From: an uncultured Candidatus Saccharibacteria bacterium
GTDB taxonomy: Bacteria; Patescibacteriota; CAZHWT01
DNA length: 64,000 nt
Assembly (NCBI GenBank): GCA_964554805.1
Contig: CAZKPX010000001.1
Coordinates: forward strand, 317,798 to 381,797
Reading direction: 5' to 3'
The number at the start of each line of letters is the position of its first letter. Position 1 is the stretch's first letter. The position numbers and the translations under genes are program-made. Positions 38,451 to 49,215 of the stretch are shown here, piece after piece. Under the pieces are notes generated by a model that saw nothing but the letters and a program-made list of their open reading frames with translations, ran no database searches and had not been told where the DNA came from.

Positions 38451-39557
38451 TTAAATGGTTGGAGTTGTGGGTGATGGAGTGCTGTCTTTGGCTGGTTTAT
38501 TTATGGGGTTGGCATCCGAATTTGGATGTTGTTGTGAAGAGCTGGGCTGAGAAGGCGAGTTAATGAATTTACTACTACCCCAGAGAATAAATCCAATCGC
38601 TGCTATCGAGAGGCTGATGACTGATCCAAGCGTGAGGAAGTTGTGGAGCAAGGGGGTAGTAAATGACTGAATCAATATGCCGAGGATAGGCAGGGCGGCG
38701 ATTAGTTGAGCTTGAAGGCTGGCTAGTCCCCATGAAATGGCGATAAAATGGGTGAGGAGTACTAAGGCAAAGCTAGCTAATCCTATGGCTGTGAAGAACT
38801 TGCCGGCTGTTCTGAGCTTATCGGCCAGGGTGGGCTGGCGTAGGCTAATGAAAGCAGCATATAAAATAATGATAATCGGTAGAACTATCAAGACGACAGT
38901 CGTGATTTGGTAGAGTAGCTTAAGGCCGCCTAAGTATGGTTCAAGATGAATGGTCAGATCTCCCTGACTAAAGGATTGCAGTGTTTGCTGCGAGCTCAAT
39001 ACCTGCTCTAGGGCTGCTTGTGCTTGAGGATCATCGGATACCTGGGGTAGGCTGGTTATATTTTGGGGCGCTTGGCCCAGTTCTTTAAGGGCTGCTTCCA
39101 GTTCAGCCCCTTGTGGATGCTGGTCTATAAGTTGCTGCTTGAGATCATTAAAGGATAGAGTGGGTGGTGTTTGGCTTGCACCGACAATCCAGGCCCCACT
39201 TTGGGTAATTGCCTGGTCAATTTTCTGTTGTAAATAGTCTTGGGTGACAGCCTGCTGGATAATGGCGTTGATGCCAGGCTCTTGGCTGAGGGCTGGGTTT
39301 GATAGGATCTGTTGGTTAAATAGGTCGTAGGTTAAGGCATAAAACTGCTTTGAATTAAGCTCCTCCTTTACTTTATCAGTAGTAAAACTATTGATTCTGG
39401 GTATAAATAATATTATTGCGAGAAAGGCTAAAATTGACAAGAAGAGAGCGGCAAGTATTTTCATGATAGTAGTATACAACTTTTTGGAGGATTGAGGACA
39501 GGAGGCGGGAGGCAGTTTTATTGATTTCTGGTGGGGACAGGGATATAATCCTATCAT
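38451..39557 (-). CDS. membrane protein, hypothetical
   Basis: 368 aa; N-terminal TM plus C-terminal TM segments. Confidence 0.5.
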   Translation of the reverse strand: MIGLYPCPHQKSIKLPPASCPQSSKKLYTTIMKILAALFLSILAFLAIILFIPRINSFTTDKVKEELNSKQFYALTYDLFNQQILSNPALSQEPGINAIIQQAVTQDYLQQKIDQAITQSGAWIVGASQTPPTLSFNDLKQQLIDQHPQGAELEAALKELGQAPQNITSLPQVSDDPQAQAALEQVLSSQQTLQSFSQGDLTIHLEPYLGGLKLLYQITTVVLIVLPIIIILYAAFISLRQPTLADKLRTAGKFFTAIGLASFALVLLTHFIAISWGLASLQAQLIAALPILGILIQSFTTPLLHNFLTLGSVISLSIAAIGFILWGSSKFINSPSQPSSSQQHPNSDANPINKPAKDSTPSPTTPTI

Positions 39558-39589
39558 TCTATCAGTTCAGGTAGAGATGTTCGTGTTTC

Positions 39590-40189
39590 GTGAAGGGAAT
39601 GACAATGCCTGAGGTGGGAGATGGTGTGCGGTGGTTCTGGGGGCTTCATCCGATTTGGGTGTTTGTTCTGGCTCTGCTGATGCACTGGTTGCTGGTGAAT
39701 TTGCTGATGTGGTGGCCAGAGGGTCGTTTTCTTCGGATGAGGTATCTGACTTTGATGGTTGGTGATTCCCCGGTGGGGTTTCCGCTGGCTTTTGTAGGAT
39801 TGGCTGCTTTGTATCAGAGATCGGACCAGGTGGTTTCTGATAAAGCTGCTTGGCGTGGGCTGGTGCTGGCTATTTTTGTGGTGGCCAGCATGTTTGTTTT
39901 CGAGCGTGTGACGGGTCAGTACACCCTTGAAGAACAGATGACCCCGTCGAAGTTAGCACACACCCTGATGCTCGGGGTGTCGATTGGATTGATGGTGGTT
40001 GTCCCAATTGCCTTGTCGGAATGGCAGCTTGATCGCTCTAATTGGCGGAAGCTGGGCGCGGTTTGGGCTGAATATGCCGTGATTATTGGCATGACAGTCT
40101 GGCTGGGGTGCATGTTGTTTGACACATTCTGTGGTCGAATAGTGCTGTATGCGCACCGAACAAAGGAGATGATGCTGCATTTGGAATAA
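39590..40189 (+). CDS. membrane protein, hypothetical
   Basis: 199 aa, about 5 TM helices. Confidence 0.45.
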   Translation: MKGMTMPEVGDGVRWFWGLHPIWVFVLALLMHWLLVNLLMWWPEGRFLRMRYLTLMVGDSPVGFPLAFVGLAALYQRSDQVVSDKAAWRGLVLAIFVVASMFVFERVTGQYTLEEQMTPSKLAHTLMLGVSIGLMVVVPIALSEWQLDRSNWRKLGAVWAEYAVIIGMTVWLGCMLFDTFCGRIVLYAHRTKEMMLHLE

Positions 40190-40312
40190 TGTGAATGCGC
40201 ATCGCTGCCCGGTTGGCTGATAGCTAGCCGGGCAGTTCTATTTTTGAACAAATATGTTCCCAGATTAATAATGCGTATGACGCTTATTAACGTGGTGTGG
40301 TAGAATAACTAT

Positions 40313-40561
40313 ATGACTTTACAAGATACTTTTTATGTTGTGGCAATAATCTCGTTTAGTATGTCCATCATACTTCTAACGTCTCTAGTGGTGTTGATAT
40401 TCTTTATTATGAAGAAGTTTGGACAGCTAGCCGATAATGTTAACCAAAGGGTAGATGCAGTCGGGAAGATAGTCGACAATCCTGGCGAGGCAGCTGTTGA
40501 CATCGGCGCCAGTATTATCGGGGCTAGTATAGTTAGAGTAAAAAGTATGTTCACTAAGTAA
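40313..40561 (+). CDS. small membrane protein
   Basis: 82 aa, one TM helix. Confidence 0.3.
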   Translation: MTLQDTFYVVAIISFSMSIILLTSLVVLIFFIMKKFGQLADNVNQRVDAVGKIVDNPGEAAVDIGASIIGASIVRVKSMFTK

Positions 40562-40586
40562 TCTATTGAATAAAATATCGTTCAAC

Positions 40587-41402
40587 TTATTTATCCACCC
40601 AGTTTATTGATTGTTTCAGATTGTTTGAAACATGATATACAGCGGGTGGATTTAATTGTATGGCTTGATCCAGTGAATATGAACCAACTGCCAGCCGTTT
40701 TATAGATAGGGTGGTGGTGGGAGTGCCGATCTCCTGTCCCAGAGAGTGAATGAGAGACCTAATGTATGTGCCCGAAGAACATTCGGCTTGAATTTGTATG
40801 ACCGGCAGGCTTATATCTTTTTGGAGTAGAGTATGCCATGCTTCTACGATTGACTGTTGCCTATAGTTGCCATGTATTTTTCCGATTACCGAATCTATAT
40901 ATTGCAATAGATATATATTACTCAATGCTCCTTCTTTTTCTTTTGTTAAGGATATAATTGTTCTATTGCTTATGGGTATATCTATGCTATCTAGCATGTT
41001 TTTTCTAGCCCAATAATAGAGAGGATGCCCATTTACTTGAACTGCTGAATATGGTGGGTAAGCCTGTTGAATATTTCCAGTATATTTTTGCAGCGCAGGT
41101 TGTATGTTAGGTGTTTGATATTTTTGTATTGTTTGCTGGTGGGGCACACCTAGTAAGTCGTAGCTATCAGTTGATACTCCGCATAGGAAAGTAGCCCGGT
41201 ACTTTTTATGGTGCTGTAGTTGGCTTGCCTGCAGTTTGTTGTCTTGATCCACTAGTAGTATCAACAAGCCTTCGGCCATAGGGTCTAATCTACCAGCTGC
41301 AGATATTTTGCTATTGGCGTGTTGAGGATGCTGCTCTTTGAATAGCTGGATGGCCTGATATGGAGTAAGGCCGACTGGTTTGTCTAGGAGTATGGGTTGC
41401 AT
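40587..41402 (-). CDS. truB: tRNA pseudouridine(55) synthase
   Basis: AAGRLDPMAEGLLILLV catalytic Asp motif; PUA-less short form. Confidence 0.8.
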   Translation of the reverse strand: MQPILLDKPVGLTPYQAIQLFKEQHPQHANSKISAAGRLDPMAEGLLILLVDQDNKLQASQLQHHKKYRATFLCGVSTDSYDLLGVPHQQTIQKYQTPNIQPALQKYTGNIQQAYPPYSAVQVNGHPLYYWARKNMLDSIDIPISNRTIISLTKEKEGALSNIYLLQYIDSVIGKIHGNYRQQSIVEAWHTLLQKDISLPVIQIQAECSSGTYIRSLIHSLGQEIGTPTTTLSIKRLAVGSYSLDQAIQLNPPAVYHVSNNLKQSINWVDK

Positions 41403-41681
41403 GGCGATGAGTATACTACATTAGGGGAGGTACGAGATGCGTAGCCGCCTTTGGCGGCGGATATCGAGACGCGAGACAGGAGTACAGGAAGAGCTTACTT
41501 CCCCTACGTTTTTTGGTGATTTACGATATCCCATATCCCATACCCGCCACCAAAGGTGGCTGTGCTGTGTGGTAAGAAATAGACGAGTACAGGGTTATTC
41601 TTCAAACGCAGAAGACAGAAGGTAGTAGGTGGGCGATAGGGGTTATTGACAGGCAGGCATGGTTGGCGTAGGCTTTAACTA

Positions 41682-41975
41682 GTGATTAGTGAAGGAGTTT
41701 TTATGCCAGCCAAGAAAGATACCGCCGTTAAGGCCAAGCCCCGAGTATTGAAAAAATCTACTAAAACTACTAAGCCAGCCGAGAAAGCCAGTGAAGTAAA
41801 GGTTGATCGAGAGCATCGCGCTGCTAAGAAGCCTGTTATAACTTTGACAGAGCGGGCTGAGCGGGAGATTGGTGATAGCGCAGGTATGATTGCAGCTGGT
41901 GGGGTAGAGGTTATTGGACTGTTAGGCCTGGTAACATTGATTTATGCTACTGTGTTATTGTATTTAATGGCTTAA
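41682..41975 (+). CDS. small basic protein with a C-terminal TM helix
   Basis: 97-aa ORF. Confidence 0.35.
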   Translation: MISEGVFMPAKKDTAVKAKPRVLKKSTKTTKPAEKASEVKVDREHRAAKKPVITLTERAEREIGDSAGMIAAGGVEVIGLLGLVTLIYATVLLYLMA

Positions 41976-42045
41976 CTAATTCTTTTTAGTATGTTTGACC
42001 TCGAATAGCATATCAATAAAAACTCCGCCGGGCGGAGTTTTTGTT

Positions 42046-42753
42046 TTACTTGGTTACGCTAAATGGATTGACGAACTGGCCGTTTCGTTGAAGCATAAAA
42101 TGAAGGTGTGGCCCGGTAGACCAACCAGATGTGCCGATTCTGCCTATTTGAGTTGAACGATCAACAGAAGCCCCACGGCTCGTTTGAATACTGCTGAGGT
42201 GAGCATAGTATGAAACATAGCCATCACGGTGAGAGATTTGAACCATGAGGCCGCCTCCAGCAATGAGATAGCCTGTAGCTAAGACAGTGCCTTGGGTAGT
42301 GCTGTAAATAGGTGTGCCATATGGAGCTGCAAGGTCGACAGCGGTGTGGTATCGGCTAAAATATTGAGTTGTGACGTAGCTATTGAGGGGTACGCGGAAT
42401 GGTGGAGGTGGGGCAGGCGTGGGAGATGGGGTGGGCTGGCTAGCGGCTTGAACTGCCACCTGGAAAATAGGTAGCCGAGTTGGTAGCGGGGTAGCTGTAG
42501 GGCTAGGTGGGGTAAAACTGCCCGATGTAGAGGTTTGAACGGAGGCAACTTGGCCCGTAGCTGGTGCGCTGTTTTGACTAGAAGTGATTACTTGCAGAGC
42601 AATCGACTCAAGTAGCAAGCTTAAGCAGAATATAGTGAAAGTAGTTTTGAAGTTTCTGCCTACGCGAGATTTTGATTTGGACCTACGATAGGGTTTTGAA
42701 ACAGCAGACTGGAGAGTAGTGCCTGCGCGCCATTTTTTGAGTAATTTAGCCAT
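42046..42753 (-). CDS. M23 family metallopeptidase
   Basis: HxxxD and GSTGxSTGPHLHF motifs (YAHLSSI..IGRIGTSGWSTGPHLHFMLQ). Confidence 0.75.
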   Translation of the reverse strand: MAKLLKKWRAGTTLQSAVSKPYRRSKSKSRVGRNFKTTFTIFCLSLLLESIALQVITSSQNSAPATGQVASVQTSTSGSFTPPSPTATPLPTRLPIFQVAVQAASQPTPSPTPAPPPPFRVPLNSYVTTQYFSRYHTAVDLAAPYGTPIYSTTQGTVLATGYLIAGGGLMVQISHRDGYVSYYAHLSSIQTSRGASVDRSTQIGRIGTSGWSTGPHLHFMLQRNGQFVNPFSVTK

Positions 42754-43067
42754 AGCCGTTTTGAGCTGTCTTGCCTCGATAGCGAAACATGGCCTCCTTT
42801 TAAGCTGGCATTGGTTGATATGACTAAAGCAACGCCAATTAATAAGAATGTTCTTTTACCATACTTTGGTCGCTAGTGCAACTCAAGAGGCAAGCGTGGG
42901 CATTGCTGGAGGCAAGCTCCCTTAGGGAGCGAGACTGGAGACAGGAGACAGGTGCTCTCAGCTAGCCAGATTTAATACGATATTCGCTTTGTAAGGCAAG
43001 TCTATAGTTGCTTTTGCCGGAGTAGTGTTATACTATTGCTGTAATACTTTATAGAAAGGATGTTATT

Positions 43068-43451
43068 ATGTCAGCTAAAGATACACAAGACGAAAAATCA
43101 AAAGGTGTTCATCCAGCCGCGGCAGCGTTGACTGGTCTAGCCATTGGTGTGGCAGCTGGAGTGGCTATGACAACGCTTAGTGACAAGGATAAGCGAGAGA
43201 AATTGGGCAAAAAAGTCGATGGTATGGGCAAACAAGCTAAAAAATCGTACGATGAGATGTCCGATCAGGTAGGGAAGCTAAAAAATAAAGTCTCTGAAAG
43301 TATTGATGAAACTGGTCAAGCAGCCAGAAGAATGGCTGGATCGGTTAAACAAAGTGGCGATAAAGTAGCTGATCAGGCGCAGGAGACGGCTAAGGTCGTT
43401 GATGCAGAGGTAGAGGATGTAGTAGAGGAAGGTAAAAAGGGTTCTAAGTAA
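43068..43451 (+). CDS. YtxH-like small stress protein
   Basis: N-terminal TM plus a charged coiled-coil; 127 aa. Confidence 0.4.
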   Translation: MSAKDTQDEKSKGVHPAAAALTGLAIGVAAGVAMTTLSDKDKREKLGKKVDGMGKQAKKSYDEMSDQVGKLKNKVSESIDETGQAARRMAGSVKQSGDKVADQAQETAKVVDAEVEDVVEEGKKGSK

Positions 43452-43602
43452 AGTTTGGCGCAATGAGCCTATTTTTAGTATATAAACCCTGTTAAACCAA
43501 AAAAAGCGCTCTAGATGATGTCTGGAGCGCTTTTTTGTGGGGATAGCCGGGAATATATTGTGGATATGTTTATTATTGATAACTATTACTATTTGATATA
43601 TA

Positions 43603-44063
43603 TTATCATTATGAAAGATATCCACAGTCAATCCACTTCTCGCATACCTGCATTGGGCATCCTGGGCAGGGTGACTAATCAAAGTCAGGCAATATTGAAG
43701 CTAATTTTGGCTGAACAGGGTCATTTGACTGCTGAGAGAGTGTATGAGGAGGTCAGACAGGATTTGCCTCGGATCAGCTTGGCAACCGTTTATAGAAATC
43801 TTCATAAGTTGGCTGAGCAAGGGCAGATTGGGCGGGTTTTGGTGGATGGGGTATGGCGTTTTGAGGCTGAGACAGCCGATCATTATCATGTTATGTGCGT
43901 AGCCTGTGAGCGGCTGGACAATGTTGAGACTAATATGGCTAGTGATGTGGAGCAGTTTTTTGGTAGATGGACTGAGTACAAGCTAACAGGGCATGAATTG
44001 TTGTTATTTGGGGTGTGCCCGGAGTGTTTGACTAGGAGATCTAGGATTGGAGGGGAGAGGTAG
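43603..44063 (+). CDS. Fur-family metalloregulator (Fur/Zur/PerR)
   Basis: wHTH LATVYRNL; HYHVMCVACERL..x..CPEC metal sites; the ORF is open from 43515. Confidence 0.75.
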
Positions 44064-44780
44064 CGACAGACTGGAGGCGAGGGACTGTTGGGGTATATTG
44101 GGGTGTTATGGGGTTTATTTTTAAGGTGTGATTTTTGTTGTGGTTGTAGCCAAACTGTTGATAGTTATTGTAGATACTCAAATAATTGTTATAGGGTTGA
44201 CAAAGGAGTATTATTGAGTTATAATCCTTATGACAATTAAATATAGATTATGCATACGAGTTATGCACAAGCATATGTCAGCTATAGGTCTTGTTGATCT
44301 TGCCCAGTGTTTGGTTGAGGACCCAATACCCCGAGACTGAACACTTGGCAAGGTAAATAAGACCTTTTTTATTAGTTTGAGTAGGTTGAATAAGGCATTG
44401 CTTGTCTGTTGATTGTTTAAATGTTCGAGAGACGAGTTCGTTCGATAAAGTAGTGTAATGCGATTTAGCATTAGTCGTTGTGAAGTGATAGCCCACTTCA
44501 GATGGACTAGTGCTAGTTCCCATTAATAACGATGTAGTCTTGGGGCGCATCTGCGTCAATAAGCTACCAGCTCCTTTCCAACTTTCTTTCTTGTGATCTC
44601 CGCCCCAAGGCGGATTGATCCTTCCCAACATTTTTTCACTTCACTCAGGTCGGGTGAAGATTGATATTGGGCCTTACCTGAGGAGGTGTGGCTATGAGCG
44701 ATTATTTCGCTCGCGCCGGACCTGTGAGGGTTGGCGCATTATCTGTCTGTGGCGCAAGTCACTAGCCCGAGGAGGGTGAA

Positions 44781-47753
44781 ATGAAATGGCATCGACTGGG
44801 CGTTGCTGCCTTGGTCGTTATGCTGGTCCTGAGTGGACTGGCTGCGATCATAACAATGACCCAGGAAACCAACAATCCGACGTCAACGGAGACTACTTCA
44901 GAAGTAGCTCTGGTGTCGTCGGAGGAAGACGCTGCAAGCGGTGAGTTAGCCGTTAGCGATGAATCTGAAGCGGATGATTCCGCTGAAGACCAATCGTCAA
45001 CGGGTGACTTTCACCCGTTCTCGCAACAGCCGGCCTTGGAAGTCGTCAGGATGGAGTCGCCCATGGTGGCTCCAGATGACCTGTACGAAGTTACCGTTGT
45101 TCTGGTGGATGGTGCAAATCAACCCATCAGAGAGCGCACTTCAATACTGGTCGCGCACATGGATCTCCGGATCATGGATCCGGTTGTCCAGGGCGACTTC
45201 GTTAATGGCCAGGTTGAGCTGAACTTGGCGGAGGGTGAGTATTTAATTTCGGCGGTCCCTCAAAGACTGTCGGAGGATGCTCCTGTCCGCAATCTGTCAG
45301 CGCAACGGCTCGTGGTTTCCAGCAATGGTGACTTCAGCCTGTTGCCACTCAATGACAATCGTTTCGCTCAAGTTTCTGATTTGGATCGAGCTGGCAGAAT
45401 GCAGCTCCTGACCAATGAAGAAATGCGCCAGAAAGGACTAGGACCGACGGTTCTGGTCGAATCCCGGGTCATCTGGCCTGGGTCTGATGTTAACCCCGAT
45501 GCTCAACACAAACTGACGGTGAAGTCTATTCACTCTTCTGCGCAAGCCGAATGGGTGGAGACGATGATCTATCAACGCCAGAATGTGTCATGCGGCGAAT
45601 CTTCGGTCTATACACTGGCCGCTGATTCGAACATGGCCTACCTGGCTGATTCTACCGTTGGTTACTGGACAGCCTTGGCGTCATTTGATGAAGCCGGGTT
45701 TCTTTGCCAGCACGAGGTCGATGGCGCTCGCTATTGGCTGGTGCTGGCTGAGTTGTGTGGTAATGAAGGGATTCCCAGTGAGCCGCCAATCGAGGTGACT
45801 CCGGAATCAACCTCAACAGTAGTTCCCACCGAAGAACCAACCGAAGCTCCCACCGAGGAGCCGACGGAAGTTCCGACCGAGGAGCCAACAGAGGCTCCAA
45901 CTGAAGAACCGACCGAAACGGTAGTTCCGACCGAGGAACCGACCGAGGAACCAACGGCGACGGTTGAACCGACGGCAACTGCAACCGTGCTGCCTACGGC
46001 AACAGCGACAGTTGAACCGACCGCTACGGCGACTCCCACAGAGAAGCCGACAGAGGTCCCGACAGCTACGCCCGAACCAACCGCGACGGCTACGCCAGAG
46101 CCGACGGCAACAGCGACGCCCGAACCAACAGCAACAGCGACCCCGGAACCAACGGCAACGGCGACACCTGAGCCTACGGCAACAGCGACGCCCGAGCCTA
46201 CAGCAACGGCAACACCCGAGCCCACGGCTACAGCGACGCCCGAACCGACCGCGACGGCTACACCTGAGCCAACAGCGACGGCTACGCCCGAACCAACCGC
46301 GACGGCTACGCCCGAACCGACGGCTACGGCAACACCCGAGCCCACGGCTACAGCGACGCCCGAACCGACCGCGACGGCAACGCCAGAACCCACGGCAACG
46401 GCGACACCTGAGCCTACGGCAACGGCTACGCCAGAACCGACGGCGACGGCTACGCCCGAACCGACGGCAACGGCTACACCTGAGCCCACAGCAACGGTGA
46501 CACCTGAGCCCACGGCAACGGCGACACCTGAGCCTACGGCGACGGCTACGCCTACGGAAGAACCAACAGTAGAGCCAACTCCGGATTGTCCGAAGGGGCA
46601 AAAGGAGTGTCCTCTGCAAACGGTGACGCCTACCTATGCTCCGGATGGTCCGCCGACGCCAACCCCAGCGCCTCCGTCAGTCACAACCACCCCAGAACCT
46701 CCACTGTGCCCACCGGGTACTGTGTGGAAAGACTGGGGGGAGCCCTCGGAAGTCGATGTTATCGGTGAGTGTGTCATACCGCCCAGCTGCCCTGTAGGTA
46801 GCGAGCACGTCGACCATAACGATAACCAATGGGTTGATGAAGGCGAATGCGTTGCCCCAACCCCGGTGCCAACAGAAGAATGTCCGAAGTGGCAGAAGGA
46901 GTGTGAACTCCAGACGGTGACGGAGACACCCGTCCCAGATGGTACGCCTACTCCTACGCCATCAGGAGAGTTGAACCTCTCCGAGATGGCTTCACGGGCA
47001 ATTGGGGCACTTGTGGAAAATAATGAGTCAACAGAAGAGGCTTCTGGCGTGGATGAACCCACCGAAGAAGCAGTCTCGGATGACTCTTCGACTGAAAACA
47101 CGGCGACCACAAGTACCGAAACAGCCGCAGAGGGAAGTGATCCGCTAGCACCTGACGAAGTGGCTTCTGAGTCAACGACTGAAACCGTGCAAACGGCACA
47201 GTCTCAGACGACCGAAGCAGCTTCTACGACAGAGGCGACTTCTGAAGCAACGACCGTGGCTGATGACACAACTTCACAACCCACGGAAGAAACTTCTGAA
47301 GGTCAGGGTGCAGAAGAGCAGACTCAAACCGTGGCGACAGAGGATACCAATCCACCTGTCGCGCCAGATGAGCCGGCTACGACGGACTTGCCCGCTGGGT
47401 CGAGTGACCCCAATAGTGGCCAAGTTACTACAACTGGTACTGGTGGTGGTGAAGGTACTGGTAATGGCGGCGGTGGTGACCCAGTTACCACCACCAATCC
47501 AGGCACCAATACCGAAACTGACACCAATCAGAGTCAGTCCGAACCTCCTGCAGCCGAGATGCCGGAGCCTGCAGCCGTACCGGTTCAGACTCCGGAACCA
47601 ACTCCCGTGGTCGTAGGGAATGTCCACACGACTTCGAATTCAGTGATGGCCAAACTGGCCTTCATTGGTGTTGGAGTCCTGAGCTTGGTGGTTGCAGTCC
47701 TGCACTTCCAGATTCAGAGAATCCGGGGATCAAGAATCGAGACAAGAGAGTAG
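44781..47753 (+). CDS. large repetitive surface protein (Pro/Thr/Glu/Ala-rich)
   Basis: N-terminal signal/TM; about 25 units of TPEPTATA; paired Cys motifs [16 protein letters not shown]; C-terminal TM anchor. Confidence 0.6.
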   Translation: MKWHRLGVAALVVMLVLSGLAAIITMTQETNNPTSTETTSEVALVSSEEDAASGELAVSDESEADDSAEDQSSTGDFHPFSQQPALEVVRMESPMVAPDDLYEVTVVLVDGANQPIRERTSILVAHMDLRIMDPVVQGDFVNGQVELNLAEGEYLISAVPQRLSEDAPVRNLSAQRLVVSSNGDFSLLPLNDNRFAQVSDLDRAGRMQLLTNEEMRQKGLGPTVLVESRVIWPGSDVNPDAQHKLTVKSIHSSAQAEWVETMIYQRQNVSCGESSVYTLAADSNMAYLADSTVGYWTALASFDEAGFLCQHEVDGARYWLVLAELCGNEGIPSEPPIEVTPESTSTVVPTEEPTEAPTEEPTEVPTEEPTEAPTEEPTETVVPTEEPTEEPTATVEPTATATVLPTATATVEPTATATPTEKPTEVPTATPEPTATATPEPTATATPEPTATATPEPTATATPEPTATATPEPTATATPEPTATATPEPTATATPEPTATATPEPTATATPEPTATATPEPTATATPEPTATATPEPTATATPEPTATATPEPTATATPEPTATATPEPTATVTPEPTATATPEPTATATPTEEPTVEPTPDCPKGQKECPLQTVTPTYAPDGPPTPTPAPPSVTTTPEPPLCPPGTVWKDWGEPSEVDVIGECVIPPSCPVGSEHVDHNDNQWVDEGECVAPTPVPTEECPKWQKECELQTVTETPVPDGTPTPTPSGELNLSEMASRAIGALVENNESTEEASGVDEPTEEAVSDDSSTENTATTSTETAAEGSDPLAPDEVASESTTETVQTAQSQTTEAASTTEATSEATTVADDTTSQPTEETSEGQGAEEQTQTVATEDTNPPVAPDEPATTDLPAGSSDPNSGQVTTTGTGGGEGTGNGGGGDPVTTTNPGTNTETDTNQSQSEPPAAEMPEPAAVPVQTPEPTPVVVGNVHTTSNSVMAKLAFIGVGVLSLVVAVLHFQIQRIRGSRIETRE
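45790..46570 (+). repeat. coding tandem repeat (24-nt unit acgcccgaaccgaccgcgacggct)
   Basis: About 25 tandem units inside ORF 44781-47753. Confidence 0.8.
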
Positions 47754-47984
47754 TAAAGACGAGAGCTCTTAAGGAGAGAGCTTCTCAAGAGAGGACATCT
47801 ACCCGGAGCCTAGTGCTCCGGGTAGAATCCCACATATATAAACACACTTTTAGCTTATGCGAAAGACAATAGTGTAGCACTTAGCAGTTATATCAATTGA
47901 TAACTTCTGGGTAGTGCACTCTTAACTAGACCGCACAGTAATATCTTGGCTAGCTTGACTAGTCTAAGGAGGTGAATACTTACA

Positions 47985-48683
47985 ATGAATACAATTGCAA
48001 AAATTCTATTATCAACCGCTTTAGTTGTTGTTTCTGCTTTGTCTGTAGCTCCTGTAGCTCAGGCTGTTGAATCTGAATCTTGTCCTTCTCATAGTGGGCG
48101 CAGCTACTGTGCTTACAAATTGGTAGACAAGGCTCAAGCTAAGGCTGGAGATGTTCTTACTTACACTTTGATCGTAAAGAATACCGGTTCTGTTAACCTG
48201 ACTAATGTACGTTTCGCTGAAAATATCCCAGCTAAGACTACTTATGTTATGGGTTCTAGCACTGCTAAGAAAGATACCGTTCCTTACTTTATCAATGATG
48301 CTTGGGTAGTGACTGGTAGCCAGGGTTATAACGCTGGCACTTTGCTGCCTAATCAGGTATTCACTATTACCTTTCAGGTAACTGTGAACGCTGATGTTAA
48401 GAACGCTGATGTTCTAGAGAACGTCGGCATGTTTACTGCTGACGGTTTCCTAGTTACTGAGGGTGAGCGTGAAGGTAAGCAGGATTGGCGTTTGTGTGCA
48501 GCTCGTACTACTGTGGTAGTCGATGTTGTACCTACTCCAACTCCTACTGTAACCGTAGCTCCAACAGTAGTTCCTACTGTTAAGCCTGAGGTTTTGCCTG
48601 CAACCGGTCCTGGCGCTGCCATGGCTGTTGTTTTGGGCGGTATGGTTGTGACTTTGGTAGGACGCAAGTTCTTCCAGAGCTAA
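47985..48683 (+). CDS. DUF11-repeat surface protein with an LPXTG sortase anchor
   Basis: LTYTLIVKNTGSVNLTNVRFAENIP (DUF11); C-terminal LPATG, then a hydrophobic stretch, then RK. Confidence 0.7.
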   Translation: MNTIAKILLSTALVVVSALSVAPVAQAVESESCPSHSGRSYCAYKLVDKAQAKAGDVLTYTLIVKNTGSVNLTNVRFAENIPAKTTYVMGSSTAKKDTVPYFINDAWVVTGSQGYNAGTLLPNQVFTITFQVTVNADVKNADVLENVGMFTADGFLVTEGEREGKQDWRLCAARTTVVVDVVPTPTPTVTVAPTVVPTVKPEVLPATGPGAAMAVVLGGMVVTLVGRKFFQS

Positions 48684-48697
48684 AAGCCAATAAAAAA

Positions 48698-48722
48698 GGC
48701 CACCTTCGGGTGGTCTTTTTTA
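48698..48722 (+). terminator. rho-independent terminator
   Basis: ggccacc-ttcg-ggtggtc followed by a run of 6 T. Confidence 0.6.
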
Positions 48723-48799
48723 TTGGAGTGAGAAGGAGAAGTGAGAAGGAAAAGTTTGTATGGTCTGTTTCTTATCGCTTCTTCTTTGCACTTGCTAAA

Positions 48800-48876
48800 T
48801 GGTGGGCGCGCATGGACTTGAACCATGGACCTGACGCTTATAAGACGTCCGCTCTAACCAGCTGAGCTACGCGCCC
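48800..48876 (-). tRNA. tRNA-Ile (anticodon TAT)
   Basis: Reverse complement gggcgcg-ta-gctc..gagc-g-gacgt-ctTATaa-gcgtc-..catgg-ttcaagt-ccatg-cgcgccc-a-cca. Confidence 0.7.
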
Positions 48877-48904
48877 ACGTAGACTTTATGTAATTGTATA
48901 ACTT

Positions 48905-49010
48905 TATCTGCTACCTAACTTATGCTCCAGTTGGTTAGAGCGGACTGGTCCGCTTATTATCTCTATTTCGGCTCCGCCTCCGCCGGTTGGCGGAGCAGCT
49001 GAGCTACGTT
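48905..49010 (-). other. tRNA-derived fragments interrupted by a ccgccggttggcgg hairpin
   Basis: The minus strand reads cgtagctcagctg and then ctccgccaaccggcggag; a 13-nt identity (cagctgagctacg) with the adjacent tRNA-Ile. Confidence 0.4.
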
Positions 49011-49155
49011 AAAAGTGCAGAATGGTTGCGAAGGGGCTTAGACAGATATACCTTATATTGGGGCTGGGCGTCAAGGAGTGGGGCTGATTAGTTCATGACT
49101 GGGTGAGCGAGGGGATGGGGTGGGGTTGTTTGCTCTGATACGGTATAATTACTTA

Positions 49156-49204
49156 CAGAGAACAGAGAACAGAGAACAGAGAACAGAGAACAGAGAACAG
49201 AGAG
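49156..49204 (+). repeat. heptanucleotide simple-sequence repeat (CAGAGAA)6 plus CAGAGAG
   Basis: Direct count; lies between a tataat -10-like box (49144-49149) and the sortase ATG at 49216. Confidence 0.85.
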
Positions 49205-49215
49205 CTTTATTAATT

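Noticed and set aside
45790-46570. Possible CRISPR array (regular tandem repeats)
   Set aside because: The units are contiguous 24-nt coding repeats with no spacers, sit inside a long ORF, and no cas genes are present.
45731-46619. Long minus-strand ORFs (GSGVAVAV.. and Arg/Cys-rich) and a plus-strand Arg-rich ORF overlapping the surface-protein repeat region
   Set aside because: These are shadow ORFs created by the 24-nt tandem coding repeat. The plus-strand 990-aa frame has a signal peptide, a TM anchor and a coherent composition.
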